Notes: generated by a model not told the origin, from the letters alone. A stretch of 62,140 nt of DNA from Cytophagales bacterium (GCA_004293815.1 RDZD01000016.1:1-62140); one strand, 5' to 3'; counted from the first letter of the stretch, positions 9,845 through 19,754 are shown. Program-made: numbers and translations.

Positions 9845-10246
9845 TTATTCCCAAATAATCACAAAACCAAGATTGCTAGCCAAAAATCCTTTTTCTTGCT
9901 TAAAGCTTATGGAATTTTTTGTATAGCTCATTAAAATGGGGTCGTTGTCTGGTTCAGCGCATTTCAGTGACTCAGCAGGCTTATTCTTCCAGCCCTTAGT
10001 GTTGAAATACTTTGTCATGTCATGTACCCTATTAGGCTCACCCTCAACAATTTCTTCTACTTTTTCGGCATCAATCAGAAACCTACGCTCTGTATCTTGA
10101 AGAGCAAGTACCCAAACGCCCCCTTTCTTACAGAATGTGCCGAGAGCTTGTTTCACATCAGGTACTGTTATCTGAATGGTCTTATTTTCAGCGTTGCTGG
10201 GTAAGGCCATCACAAAGAGATAAATAAGAATATAAACGATATCCAC
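9845..10246 (-). CDS. hypothetical secreted/membrane-anchored protein (133 aa)
   Basis: It has a hydrophobic N-terminus. Its stop codon directly abuts the start codon of the FkbM gene, which suggests translational coupling. Confidence 0.45.
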   Translation of the reverse strand: MDIVYILIYLFVMALPSNAENKTIQITVPDVKQALGTFCKKGGVWVLALQDTERRFLIDAEKVEEIVEGEPNRVHDMTKYFNTKGWKNKPAESLKCAEPDNDPILMSYTKNSISFKQEKGFLASNLGFVIIWE

Positions 10247-10272
10247 AGGATTATTTTTTTGTTGAAGATTTT

Positions 10273-11355
10273 CTAAAATACCTCCTCAAAATTCAAACCA
10301 AATTTTCTACCAGCTTCTTTGAGCGAGCCTATCACAGGGGCAATGAGCGGGATACCTTTCTGCATTCTTTCTGCTTCTGCCAAACGTTCGGGGTCGCCTG
10401 GTATCAACACTGGCTCATCTGGGTTGATTGGTTTAGCATTCCGAAAACGTTGTATCCAAATGTCCATGCTTTTTTTGAAGTCTTCGGCTGGCCTAAAAGC
10501 ATCTATACGCCATGCGCCTACAAAGTGACCAAGTCCCTCACCTACAGGATCTTGAGGCAGCGGCAAAAAGCTCACAAAGGGCGGTACCCAAGGGCCAAAA
10601 CCTGCACCAGAAAGTACGCCGCTCATAATATCAACGATGCTGCCCAAACAATAGCCTTTGTAACTGCTCCGCTGCTCATTGCTGCCTAGCGGTAATAATG
10701 CACCGCCTTTACGCAGAACAGTAGCGTCTGTACTAGCCTGACCACTAGCATCTTGCACCCACCCTTCGGGGGCATCTTGCTGCTTTCGTTCCAGAATCTC
10801 TAACTTTCCATTAGAAACAGTTGTGGTGGCCAAATCAGCTACAAAAGCGGGTTCGGTGTGTGCTGGAATAGCCAAAGCGATAGGGTTTGTGCCCAACATG
10901 CGCTCAGTGGTACGGGTGGGAGCTACCAGCGGACTGGCATTGGTCAGCGCGAAGCCTATCATGTCGTGCTCAAGTGCCATCATGGCATGATAGCCTGCAA
11001 TACCAAAGTGGTTTGAATTTTTGATAGCCACCCAGCCAGAGCCTACCATCTTAGCCTTCTCAATAGCCACTTTCATAGCATAAGGCGCAGAAACTAAACC
11101 CAATGCAGCATCAGCGTTAATCGTGGCTGTAGACGGTGTTTCGTGTACAATGTGCATTTGAGGTTGGGCGTTTACACGTCCCACCTCCCAAAGACGTACA
11201 TACCCCAACAGGCGCGCCAAGCCATGCGAGTCAATACCTCTCAAATCAGCGGCTAAGAGCACTTTTGAGGAGAGCTCTGCATCTGCTAAAGAGCAGCCCA
11301 TACCCTCAAAAACACGGCGTGTGAACTCAAAAAGCCCTTGATAAGAATAAGTCAT
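10273..11355 (-). CDS. Ldh_2-family (malate/L-lactate/sulfolactate-type) NAD(P)H-dependent oxidoreductase
   Basis: GIDSHGLARL, SNHFGIAGYH and a conserved HxxP... region match Ldh family 2 over the whole ~360-aa length. Confidence 0.85.
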   Translation of the reverse strand: MTYSYQGLFEFTRRVFEGMGCSLADAELSSKVLLAADLRGIDSHGLARLLGYVRLWEVGRVNAQPQMHIVHETPSTATINADAALGLVSAPYAMKVAIEKAKMVGSGWVAIKNSNHFGIAGYHAMMALEHDMIGFALTNASPLVAPTRTTERMLGTNPIALAIPAHTEPAFVADLATTTVSNGKLEILERKQQDAPEGWVQDASGQASTDATVLRKGGALLPLGSNEQRSSYKGYCLGSIVDIMSGVLSGAGFGPWVPPFVSFLPLPQDPVGEGLGHFVGAWRIDAFRPAEDFKKSMDIWIQRFRNAKPINPDEPVLIPGDPERLAEAERMQKGIPLIAPVIGSLKEAGRKFGLNFEEVF

Positions 11356-11378
11356 GGTATAAAAGCTATGTAAAATAC

Positions 11379-11891
11379 TTACTCTACATCTTTTGGAAAA
11401 TACTTTTTAGGAAACTCAGCAAACAAAAATTGGCTGTTACGGCTGCTGATCTCAGCCCAGGCGGTGGTGTCAAAACTAATAGCATAAATGCAACAAGTGG
11501 GCATATTGTCTATATACGCACTTATACAGAGCGAGTTGGCAAGAATCGTTATAGCTGGATTATGACCTACAAGCAAGAGGGAATCGTCCTCGTCGTTCAG
11601 ATTTTTGATGAGATCGTAGAGATAGTCTGCATCTTCGTTGTAAATATGCAAATCCCAGATAATTTTTTCTAGTGGATAAGATAAATGAGCCGCCATAACT
11701 TCTGCTGTATTTTTGGTTCGCAGAGCGGGGCTAGACACAATACAATCTATTTTATCCACTTTTTTGGCCAACAACTCGCTCATAAAGGGCAAATCTCTCT
11801 TACCGCGCTTGTTGAGTGGGCGTTCAAAGTCATCTAATTCTATATCGCGCCAGCTAGATTTGGCATGGCGCAAGAGATAAACAGTTTTCAT
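11379..11891 (-). CDS. histidine phosphatase superfamily protein (SixA-like phosphohistidine phosphatase)
   Basis: The RHAKS motif lies at the N-terminus (catalytic RHG-type histidine). The ~160-aa length and the ...GHNP motif match the SixA branch. Confidence 0.8.
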   Translation of the reverse strand: MKTVYLLRHAKSSWRDIELDDFERPLNKRGKRDLPFMSELLAKKVDKIDCIVSSPALRTKNTAEVMAAHLSYPLEKIIWDLHIYNEDADYLYDLIKNLNDEDDSLLLVGHNPAITILANSLCISAYIDNMPTCCIYAISFDTTAWAEISSRNSQFLFAEFPKKYFPKDVE

Positions 11892-11982
11892 AATAGCATT
11901 CTTTGCATTGATGCGCCAAATTTAGCTGAAATATATGTAGCTAAGTGCTACTTTAGATAAATTTAACATGAGTAAAGAAATC

Positions 11983-13041
11983 TTAATGCAAGCGCACGCG
12001 TGGATCCAGCCAAGCGTAGAGAATGTCTACAAGAATGTTGATAAGCACAAACATCATAGCCACTATCACGGTGGCACCCATAATGATAGGGAAGTCTAGT
12101 TTATTTACTGCGCTAATAGTGGTGTAGCCTAAACCTTTCCAGCTAAAGATATATTCAACAAAAAATGCACCAGCCAACATGATAGCCAACCAAGATGAAA
12201 TGGCAGTTACCACGGGGTTAAGGGCATTTTTGAGGGCATGTTTGAATACAATTTGATAAGAAGAAAGCCCCTTAGCTTTGGCAGTACGGATATAATCTTG
12301 TCCAAAAACTTCCAACATAGAGTTGCGCATAAGCTGGGCTATGATAGCCAAAGGCTTTAGACCTAGTGTAATAGCAGGAAGAATAAGATTTTTGGGTGTC
12401 AGCACACGTTCACCATAATCGTTGATTTCCCACAGGCTTCCTGTCATTTCCAAGCCTGTATAATCGCTTAAATGATACCCAAAAAGCATAGCCAGCACAA
12501 TCCCTATCACAAATGAGGGTGCAGAAATTCCAAAAACAGAAGACGAGATTAACAAATGATCCCACCAAGAACCAGGCTTGAGCGAGGCCAGAATACCAAA
12601 CAAAATGCCCCAAAACGCGGCAAACCCCATGGCACCAATCGCTAACCAAAAAGTACCATCAAGATTTTCCATAATTACTTCACTCACACGCCTATTGGTG
12701 AGATATGAGCGGCGAAAATATGGACTTTTAAGTGCCAGTACTTTAGAACCGCCAATAGGTATGGCCACCCAGAATTCATACTCTGTTTTGTTTTCGGGGG
12801 TGTCGGCATGTACAGAAATGATGCTCAAGTCATTTAGATACATGGCTAATTGATGAGGTAGGGGTTTATCTAAGCCATAATAACGATTAATAAAATTAAG
12901 CGTTTCTTGGTCTGCGCGTCCGTGCGTAATCATCTTGGCAGGATCGCCAGGAAGCGCGTGAAATATAAAGAACACCACGACAATAACCCCAAAAACAACC
13001 AAACCTCCATAAAGAAGCCGCTGCAAAATAAACTTGAGCAT
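11983..13041 (-). CDS. peptide/nickel-type ABC transporter permease (DppB/OppB-like)
   Basis: It has six predicted TM helices with an EAA-like loop and the BPD_transp_1 signature (AKAKGLSSYQIVFKHALKNAL). Confidence 0.85.
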   Translation of the reverse strand: MLKFILQRLLYGGLVVFGVIVVVFFIFHALPGDPAKMITHGRADQETLNFINRYYGLDKPLPHQLAMYLNDLSIISVHADTPENKTEYEFWVAIPIGGSKVLALKSPYFRRSYLTNRRVSEVIMENLDGTFWLAIGAMGFAAFWGILFGILASLKPGSWWDHLLISSSVFGISAPSFVIGIVLAMLFGYHLSDYTGLEMTGSLWEINDYGERVLTPKNLILPAITLGLKPLAIIAQLMRNSMLEVFGQDYIRTAKAKGLSSYQIVFKHALKNALNPVVTAISSWLAIMLAGAFFVEYIFSWKGLGYTTISAVNKLDFPIIMGATVIVAMMFVLINILVDILYAWLDPRVRLH

Positions 13042-13679
13042 ATGAGAAACTCTTGGCCGAATTAAAATAAAAACTGTATGAGTGTTGCAAATTTAAGTAA
13101 GTGCTTACAGAAACACAAATTTTGATAGGTTTTATTATCTGCACCAATAAAAAAGCAGCTTGCAGCTCAATCACCTTTATATAGGATTCGAAATCAACAG
13201 CAGCAGTACAGAATGCTTGTGCATGGTTCTGGAATGCGTGTTTTGAAGAATAGAGTTTTGCTTATTTTGGGATACACTGTAGACACAATAAGTGCTTTTA
13301 TTAGCCTCTATAACACTTTGGTATGAAGTCATTAATTTTTTTTTGATTTAGTCTTTGTTTCTAAGCGTTTATGATATCTAAAATTTGTATAAAATAGCCT
13401 TTTAGCTTATATTTGCCTGCCCAACAATGATTCTAACTAAAGGTATTTAAATTTTGCCAAAATGTGTTTTTATACAGAGTAGATTTTAATTTATTGACAT
13501 TCAAATTCTTGTGCATTGCTTTTGTTTGAACTAAAAAAATCAGACTAAGACCATAAATTTTTAGAACAATTTTTAAACCTATTTAGTTCTAAACACTCTT
13601 AGGCTCTGATTTTGAGTAGCTACTACTATGATTTATTGCTTTTCTATAATATTCTATTTAACAGTCTAATTTCATTTCT

Positions 13680-16600
13680 TTGTCGCTCAACACTGCCATG
13701 AATTCAAAGATTTACTCACCCCACACTCAAAAAATCACCTATCTGCTTTTTTATACCCTCCTTTTGGGTTTGTTTAGCCTATTGGGCTTATCAAAAGTAC
13801 AAGCCCAGTGCAGTAAAACCACAGAGGGTACTGAATTCTGGCTCGGTTTTGCAGATGCTCGCGACGGTACGGACGAGGAGTTAAGCATTACCGTAACCTC
13901 ACGCGTGGGTGCAACGGTGAGCGTGTTTGGTGGTGCAAGCAGTACTTTACTGGCTACTTTCATTGTGCCTGCGGGAGGCTCAGTTAAAACCGTTGTACCA
14001 GAGCTGTGGGAAAATGAGACCTCTGAAATCATCGAAGACAAAGGTATTCGTGTGGAATGCACTGCAGCCTGCAATGTTTATGCCTTGAGCTATCAACGCA
14101 ACTCGGCAGATGCGACTTTGATTTACCCAACCACCACACTAGGCGACAAATATTACATCATGTCCTATGCACAGGCTACTAACCTAACCAACACACAGGT
14201 GCGTAATAGCGAGTTTGTGATTGTAGCCACCCAAGACGCTACAAGTATTACCATAATACCCAATAAAATTACAACTGCGCTAAAGCCTGCCAATGTGCCC
14301 TTTAGTATCACACTCAACAAAGGCCAAAGTTATCAAGTAAAATCAGGTGAGTTTAGCGGTGCTGGCACGGCTCTGCCTGCTGGACAAGGCGACCTTACTG
14401 GCTCAAAAGTAACTTCTTCTAAACCTATTGCTGTTTTTGGAGCCAATATCGCCACCGTAGTGCCCAATATCAATACTTGTTGCTGGGATCATCTCTACGA
14501 GCAAATGCCACCTACAGCTGTTTGGGGCAAAGAGTACATTACTGTACCTTACAAAACCCGCCTCTGGGATGTTTTTAGAGTGCTCGCACGAATAGACGGT
14601 ACGGTTGTGAGCATAGACGGTGCACCAGTGGCCACGCTCAACGAAGGACAGTTTTATGAGTTCAATACTACGGGCAGTAATTTCCCCAAAGTGATTACAG
14701 GAACTAATCCTATTATGGTTATGCATTTCAGCACCTCTACCAATGCGGATGCTGTGAGCGAGGCAGATCCTTTTATGATTAATCTCAGCCCTACCGAACA
14801 GTCTGTAGAAGACATCACTTTTGTGGCTTTTACCTCAACCGTTATAACAGCTTACTACCTAAATATTTTGACAGAAACCAGCAATGTGCCCAACATGCGT
14901 CTGGATGGTGTGCTGATTGCACCTACAAGCTTTACGGCGGTTCCAGGCACAGTCTTTTCACGTGCACAGCTCAACTTAACTCCTGGTACGCACCGCTTAA
15001 CTAACAGTGGCAGTGGCAGAGGCTTTACTGCAAATATTTATGGCTACGGCCCTTTTGAATCTTACGGCTATGCAGCAGGCGTAAATCTCACTCCACAACT
15101 CAACTTCCTTTTTGGGTCGTCTAGCGTGGATAATGATGCGGAGGATTTCTGTGACAGCGAAGGCGCGCAAACCTTTGTAGCTGAATACAGTGTCCCAGGC
15201 GCAACCTTAGAGTATAAATGGAAGAATCTTACCACAGGAGCTATTGTGAGTACTACTGATGCCATGACTGCTAATGTCTTTTCTAGTACCACTGACTATG
15301 AGCTAACTATAGATGACATAGGCGGATCTTGTTCTATTAAAGATACACTGAGGGTAATTTTCTATAAAGTACCCACAGCAGAAGTCAAACACGCAGATTC
15401 TACCCGAAATACCTATAATTTTTGTTTGGCAGACGGAGAACAAAGCTTTTCAGGTACACACCCTGACAACGCGGGGCTTGACATAGACTATTTCTGGATT
15501 TCTATGGATTCTGGCGATACGCTTGGCACTGCCTCAAGCCAGACCTTGCCAGTACAGTTAGGCTCATTCCAATACATGCTCCACACTTACAACAGCTCTG
15601 ACACCTCAAAAGTTTGCTTTGATGCCGATACCATTACTTTGGTTTACAACACGGGTTTACCTGTTGATATCAAGCATTTGGGTATTGTCAAAGATACAGT
15701 GGTGTTTTGTGATGATGATGGTGCGCAGACTTTGGATGCCTCGCACCCCAGCCATACGAGTGTGTCATATCAGTGGCGCGACCTTACGCGAGACAACGAT
15801 TTGGGAACGGCCTCTACCCAAACAGCCAATATCTTTGGTCAGAACACGCTGTACGAAGTAGAAGTAACCAACTTGCTCACAGGCTGTACCAGCAAAGATA
15901 GCATTCTGGTTGTATTTTTTGCAGCCAATGTGAGAAGTGGCGGTACTGTAGTTTCTGATACCTTCCGCTTTTGCGACGATGATGGCCCCCGAGTACTCGA
16001 TGCCTTTGATCCACTAAACGGCCCTACAGTAGAATATCAATGGAAGGATTTAGGTACAGGTACAGTAGTTAGCTCCACATCGGTTCTAAATGCTGCCAAT
16101 TTTTCAGATACTACAGTTTATGAAATCTTCTTACGCGACGTGGTAAGTACTTGCGAAGCGCGAGACACTATTATGGTTATTTTTCGACCTACACCAACGG
16201 CCATTGTGAAGCTAAATGGTGTATCAATGTCATCATACATTCTCTGCAATGGTTCGGGGTCTGTAAGGCTTAATGGATTTGCAGCCACTAACCAACATGT
16301 GCGTTATCAGTGGCGACGTAACGGCACTCTTATAAGTACTGACACAGCCATTACCGTTACAGATGTTTCATTTGGAACATTTACCTACCTGCTCACAACA
16401 ACCGATACAGTGTCTAACTGTGTGGCCACAGACGAGATTGTTATAACTGTTTACCCACGCCTTTCTGGCCGCACTACGGGTTCAGCTAATATTTGTGCCG
16501 GAAAAACCACCACTGTAACTTTTACTTTGGCAGGTAGTTTTCCGATGAACATGACCTATTCGGTAAAAGATATTACAACAGGAGCGGTTATTTCCACAAC

Positions 16601-19600
16601 CACCATTAGCGGCATCACAGCAAGTCCAGTGACTCTTACGGTGGGCAGTGCAGGCATTTATCAAATTAGTGCACTATCTAGTGTGGTTGGGTGTACAGCA
16701 TCGGCCTCTGCGCTCACGGACAGTGCTAGAATTCAAGTTATTCCTGTGCCCAATGTGGTGCTAACCTCTAATGACTTTGATAACAAAATTTGTAGGGATC
16801 AAGGTATCAAATTTACAGCCACAGGAGCAGCTTTTTACCGATTCTTCATCAATGGGGTTTTGATGCAAGAAGGCACCTCGGCCAACTACACGCCTCCCGT
16901 AGGCATACTCAACACGGGAGACTTAGTTTGGGCTACAGGAGTTAATCCCCCTACCGACTGTGGAGATACGAGCAATGTTATTACCATGACTGTAAACCGC
17001 ATTCCTGTTACGTCTATTGGTGTTTCACCTCGTGAACTCTGTCCAGGCGGTGACTCTCTCAAGCTCACCTCCACGCTGGTAGGAGCTACTGGCGCATTCA
17101 CTTATGATTGGCGCAAAATTGTTGGCAGTACAGCTGTGCCGGTGGGTACAGGCAAAGCCACTTTGTCGGTGATAGATACTGGACGATATTTTTTGATTAT
17201 TACAGAAAACTTAATAACGGGCTGCCAATATAGAACAGATACCATCAAAGTCAACTTCAAAGCCCCACCTGTGCTCAACGTGCGCGATACAGTAGTGTGT
17301 ATGGATAACCGTCCAGCTATTTTGGTGGCGCAAGACTTGACGCACGGCTCTGCTATCACCTACCAATGGTTTAACACCGCCAACCCAACAGCAGTGATTG
17401 GCACAGCTGGAACTTTGGCCGTAAATTCAGCAGGTTTGTATAGGGTCATTATACGCGACACACTCACGGGCTGCACAAGAACCGACCTTGCTCGTGTTGA
17501 CTTTAACCCAAATCCTGACTTTGAAATTAAAGGGCACGATAAACCGCTTTGTGAAGGGCGTGACACACTTACTTTAGATGCTTCTAACCTAGACAGCATG
17601 CAAATTGTGTGGGTAGGTGATGGACTCATTCAACTTGGAACTGATCAAAGAAGCCGAATTGTTACCAAAAGCGGTGTGGTTACGGTCATTGTTACAGACA
17701 CCTCAAAATCTACGCTCTGCCGTACTATCAAGTCCATTGACGTGATTATCAATGACAAACCCATTATCAATCCGAAATTGAAAGACTATGTAGTTTGTGA
17801 AGATACCACCTTGCGTATAGAAGCATTACATCCTACTCACGCCTCAAATGCAACCTATCAATGGCGCAATCTGACCAAAGGAACTGTAGCAGGCACAGAA
17901 TCTGCACTTGTTCTAAGCTTTGAGGAGGATTATAGTGAAAATATCTACGAAATACTTGTTACACACCCGAACTCTGGCTGTACAAGCCGCGATACAACAT
18001 CGATTAGATTCCAGAAAAAATCTAATGCTGAAATCAGTATTGAAAGAGGCCAATTGAAGCTTTGCGTGGGTGAAAGCGTCGTTTTGAGAGCTTCTGGAGG
18101 AACAGGCTATCTCTGGAACACAGGCGAAACGACCGAACTCATCAGTTTTAAGGCCATACAAAAGGGCTTTTTCCCAATTGTTTTGACGGGTGATTTTAAT
18201 ACCACTTGTGGACAAAGCAAAGACACTGTTGAAATTGAGGTCAGAGACCAACCCTTGGCTGCTATTCCCGATACACTCATAACAGTTTGTCAAACAACGC
18301 CTTTAGTCATAGATGCGGCTCTGCCTGAACATGATTTCTACACTCTTTACACTTGGACCAATCTGTCTAATGGCGAAACTCTGAGCAATCAATCCAAACT
18401 GGTTTTAACTTTCGACAGTTTGACAAGTCCAACCTTTGATCCTTTTCAAGTGGTTCTTCGCGTGCAAGATAGCTTGACGAACTGTTTTAGTCAGGATACT
18501 GTTGTGGTTAATTTTGAGCGAGGCAGTAAGGTTCAAATAGACAGCAATGCTGTACAAGAAGTTTGTCTAGGCGACAGTATCACACTTTCTGCCAGCGGCG
18601 CGGCGCGATATGTTTGGAATACTGGCGATACCACAGCCACCATCAAAGTTAAAGCAGAAGTGGCAGGCTTTATGACCTTTATCGTCAAAGCCGATGCCGC
18701 TAATCTATGTGCGAGTACTTCTGACACCTTGTTTGTTCGGGTGCGTCCGCTCCCGCGTATACAGGCTCATACACAAGATACCGTTAAAATCTGTGCTGAT
18801 GATTCTTTGACACTTTACCCCTCTGGTGGATTGTCCTACGAATGGCTTAACGATCCGCTTCTACGCGACACCATTACGGTAAGTCCCCAAAAGCCAACCA
18901 TGTACTACACCCTTGGTACTGATGCTTTTGGCTGTAAAAACTTGGACTCGGTATTTGTAGACGTATCGCCCACGATAGATTTAGGTCCTGACTTGATAGC
19001 TTGTCTGGGCGACACCTTAATCATAGGCCAAGTGAGCAGCGATAGCACCGCTACCTACAGCTGGTCGCCAAGTGGCCAACAGACACCCATTATTCAGGTA
19101 TGGAAGTCTGGCACTTATACCGTAAAGGTTCAAACCGCAGAATGCAGCTACAAGCGCAGTGTAAAGGTCAACTTTAAAGAAGAGCCTAAAATCCTGCTGG
19201 TACAAGACACTGTGTTTTGTTTTGACCCATGGCCTAACAGGGGCGTTGTGGAAAAAGAGCTGGGCAGTGCTTTGTTAAACCCTGATACTTCTGCTCGCTA
19301 CGTGTACGTTTGGACGGATTCTACTGGTGAGATTGTGGGCACAGAACCCGTTCTAAAAGTGAAGCAAGGCGGCAAGTACTACTTGAAAGTTGCAGCTCTT
19401 TATAGCGTTACTTGCGAAACCAATAGGGACGTGCAAATTGATGATGCTTGTCCGTCTAGAATCTTTGTACCAAATGCCTTCACGCCCAATAACGATGGGT
19501 TGAACGACTATTTTCAAGTATTTGGTGGTAACATCAAGTTCTTTGAGATGATGATATTCAACCGTTGGGGCGAAGTGGTCTACTTGAAAAGTACACAAGA

Positions 19601-19754
19601 CTTTGGCAGTATTCGAGGCGATGACTTCTGGAACGGTCAGTATAAAGGCAAAGATGTGATGGAAGGCAATTATGTGTATGTCATTAAGTACAACTCAGAA
19701 GACGATCTTTCTAAAATAGAAAAAGTGCAAGGCAGCTTTACACTTCTGCGCTAA
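13680..19754 (+). CDS. giant secreted surface protein/adhesin (2024 aa) with many Ig-like repeats and a T9SS type-B (gliding motility-associated) C-terminal sorting domain
   Basis: A signal peptide is followed by an N-terminal module with a CCWDHLYEQMPP motif that looks like an IgGFc-binding-protein-like domain. About 12-13 divergent ~95-aa repeats follow, each with a conserved Cys pair, for example FCDDDGAQTL...TGCTSKDSILVVF. The last ~90 aa (IFVPNAFTPNNDGLNDYFQVFG...FNRWGEVVY...GNYVYVIKY...GSFTLLR) match the TIGR04131-type CTD. Confidence 0.9.
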   Translation: MSLNTAMNSKIYSPHTQKITYLLFYTLLLGLFSLLGLSKVQAQCSKTTEGTEFWLGFADARDGTDEELSITVTSRVGATVSVFGGASSTLLATFIVPAGGSVKTVVPELWENETSEIIEDKGIRVECTAACNVYALSYQRNSADATLIYPTTTLGDKYYIMSYAQATNLTNTQVRNSEFVIVATQDATSITIIPNKITTALKPANVPFSITLNKGQSYQVKSGEFSGAGTALPAGQGDLTGSKVTSSKPIAVFGANIATVVPNINTCCWDHLYEQMPPTAVWGKEYITVPYKTRLWDVFRVLARIDGTVVSIDGAPVATLNEGQFYEFNTTGSNFPKVITGTNPIMVMHFSTSTNADAVSEADPFMINLSPTEQSVEDITFVAFTSTVITAYYLNILTETSNVPNMRLDGVLIAPTSFTAVPGTVFSRAQLNLTPGTHRLTNSGSGRGFTANIYGYGPFESYGYAAGVNLTPQLNFLFGSSSVDNDAEDFCDSEGAQTFVAEYSVPGATLEYKWKNLTTGAIVSTTDAMTANVFSSTTDYELTIDDIGGSCSIKDTLRVIFYKVPTAEVKHADSTRNTYNFCLADGEQSFSGTHPDNAGLDIDYFWISMDSGDTLGTASSQTLPVQLGSFQYMLHTYNSSDTSKVCFDADTITLVYNTGLPVDIKHLGIVKDTVVFCDDDGAQTLDASHPSHTSVSYQWRDLTRDNDLGTASTQTANIFGQNTLYEVEVTNLLTGCTSKDSILVVFFAANVRSGGTVVSDTFRFCDDDGPRVLDAFDPLNGPTVEYQWKDLGTGTVVSSTSVLNAANFSDTTVYEIFLRDVVSTCEARDTIMVIFRPTPTAIVKLNGVSMSSYILCNGSGSVRLNGFAATNQHVRYQWRRNGTLISTDTAITVTDVSFGTFTYLLTTTDTVSNCVATDEIVITVYPRLSGRTTGSANICAGKTTTVTFTLAGSFPMNMTYSVKDITTGAVISTTTISGITASPVTLTVGSAGIYQISALSSVVGCTASASALTDSARIQVIPVPNVVLTSNDFDNKICRDQGIKFTATGAAFYRFFINGVLMQEGTSANYTPPVGILNTGDLVWATGVNPPTDCGDTSNVITMTVNRIPVTSIGVSPRELCPGGDSLKLTSTLVGATGAFTYDWRKIVGSTAVPVGTGKATLSVIDTGRYFLIITENLITGCQYRTDTIKVNFKAPPVLNVRDTVVCMDNRPAILVAQDLTHGSAITYQWFNTANPTAVIGTAGTLAVNSAGLYRVIIRDTLTGCTRTDLARVDFNPNPDFEIKGHDKPLCEGRDTLTLDASNLDSMQIVWVGDGLIQLGTDQRSRIVTKSGVVTVIVTDTSKSTLCRTIKSIDVIINDKPIINPKLKDYVVCEDTTLRIEALHPTHASNATYQWRNLTKGTVAGTESALVLSFEEDYSENIYEILVTHPNSGCTSRDTTSIRFQKKSNAEISIERGQLKLCVGESVVLRASGGTGYLWNTGETTELISFKAIQKGFFPIVLTGDFNTTCGQSKDTVEIEVRDQPLAAIPDTLITVCQTTPLVIDAALPEHDFYTLYTWTNLSNGETLSNQSKLVLTFDSLTSPTFDPFQVVLRVQDSLTNCFSQDTVVVNFERGSKVQIDSNAVQEVCLGDSITLSASGAARYVWNTGDTTATIKVKAEVAGFMTFIVKADAANLCASTSDTLFVRVRPLPRIQAHTQDTVKICADDSLTLYPSGGLSYEWLNDPLLRDTITVSPQKPTMYYTLGTDAFGCKNLDSVFVDVSPTIDLGPDLIACLGDTLIIGQVSSDSTATYSWSPSGQQTPIIQVWKSGTYTVKVQTAECSYKRSVKVNFKEEPKILLVQDTVFCFDPWPNRGVVEKELGSALLNPDTSARYVYVWTDSTGEIVGTEPVLKVKQGGKYYLKVAALYSVTCETNRDVQIDDACPSRIFVPNAFTPNNDGLNDYFQVFGGNIKFFEMMIFNRWGEVVYLKSTQDFGSIRGDDFWNGQYKGKDVMEGNYVYVIKYNSEDDLSKIEKVQGSFTLLR

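Noticed and set aside
16886-17629. Three back-to-back minus-strand ORFs inside the giant adhesin gene. Others lie at 13751-14074, 14403-14726, 15068-15292, 17913-18293 and 18533-18727.
   Set aside because: They are antisense to a 6-kb CDS with strong domain repeats. They are Ser/Thr/Val-rich mirror translations typical of spurious antisense frames.
13680-19754. CRISPR-like or tandem-DNA repeats within the Ig-repeat region
   Set aside because: The repeats are at protein-domain level and highly divergent at nucleotide level. There are no short exact direct repeats with unique spacers.
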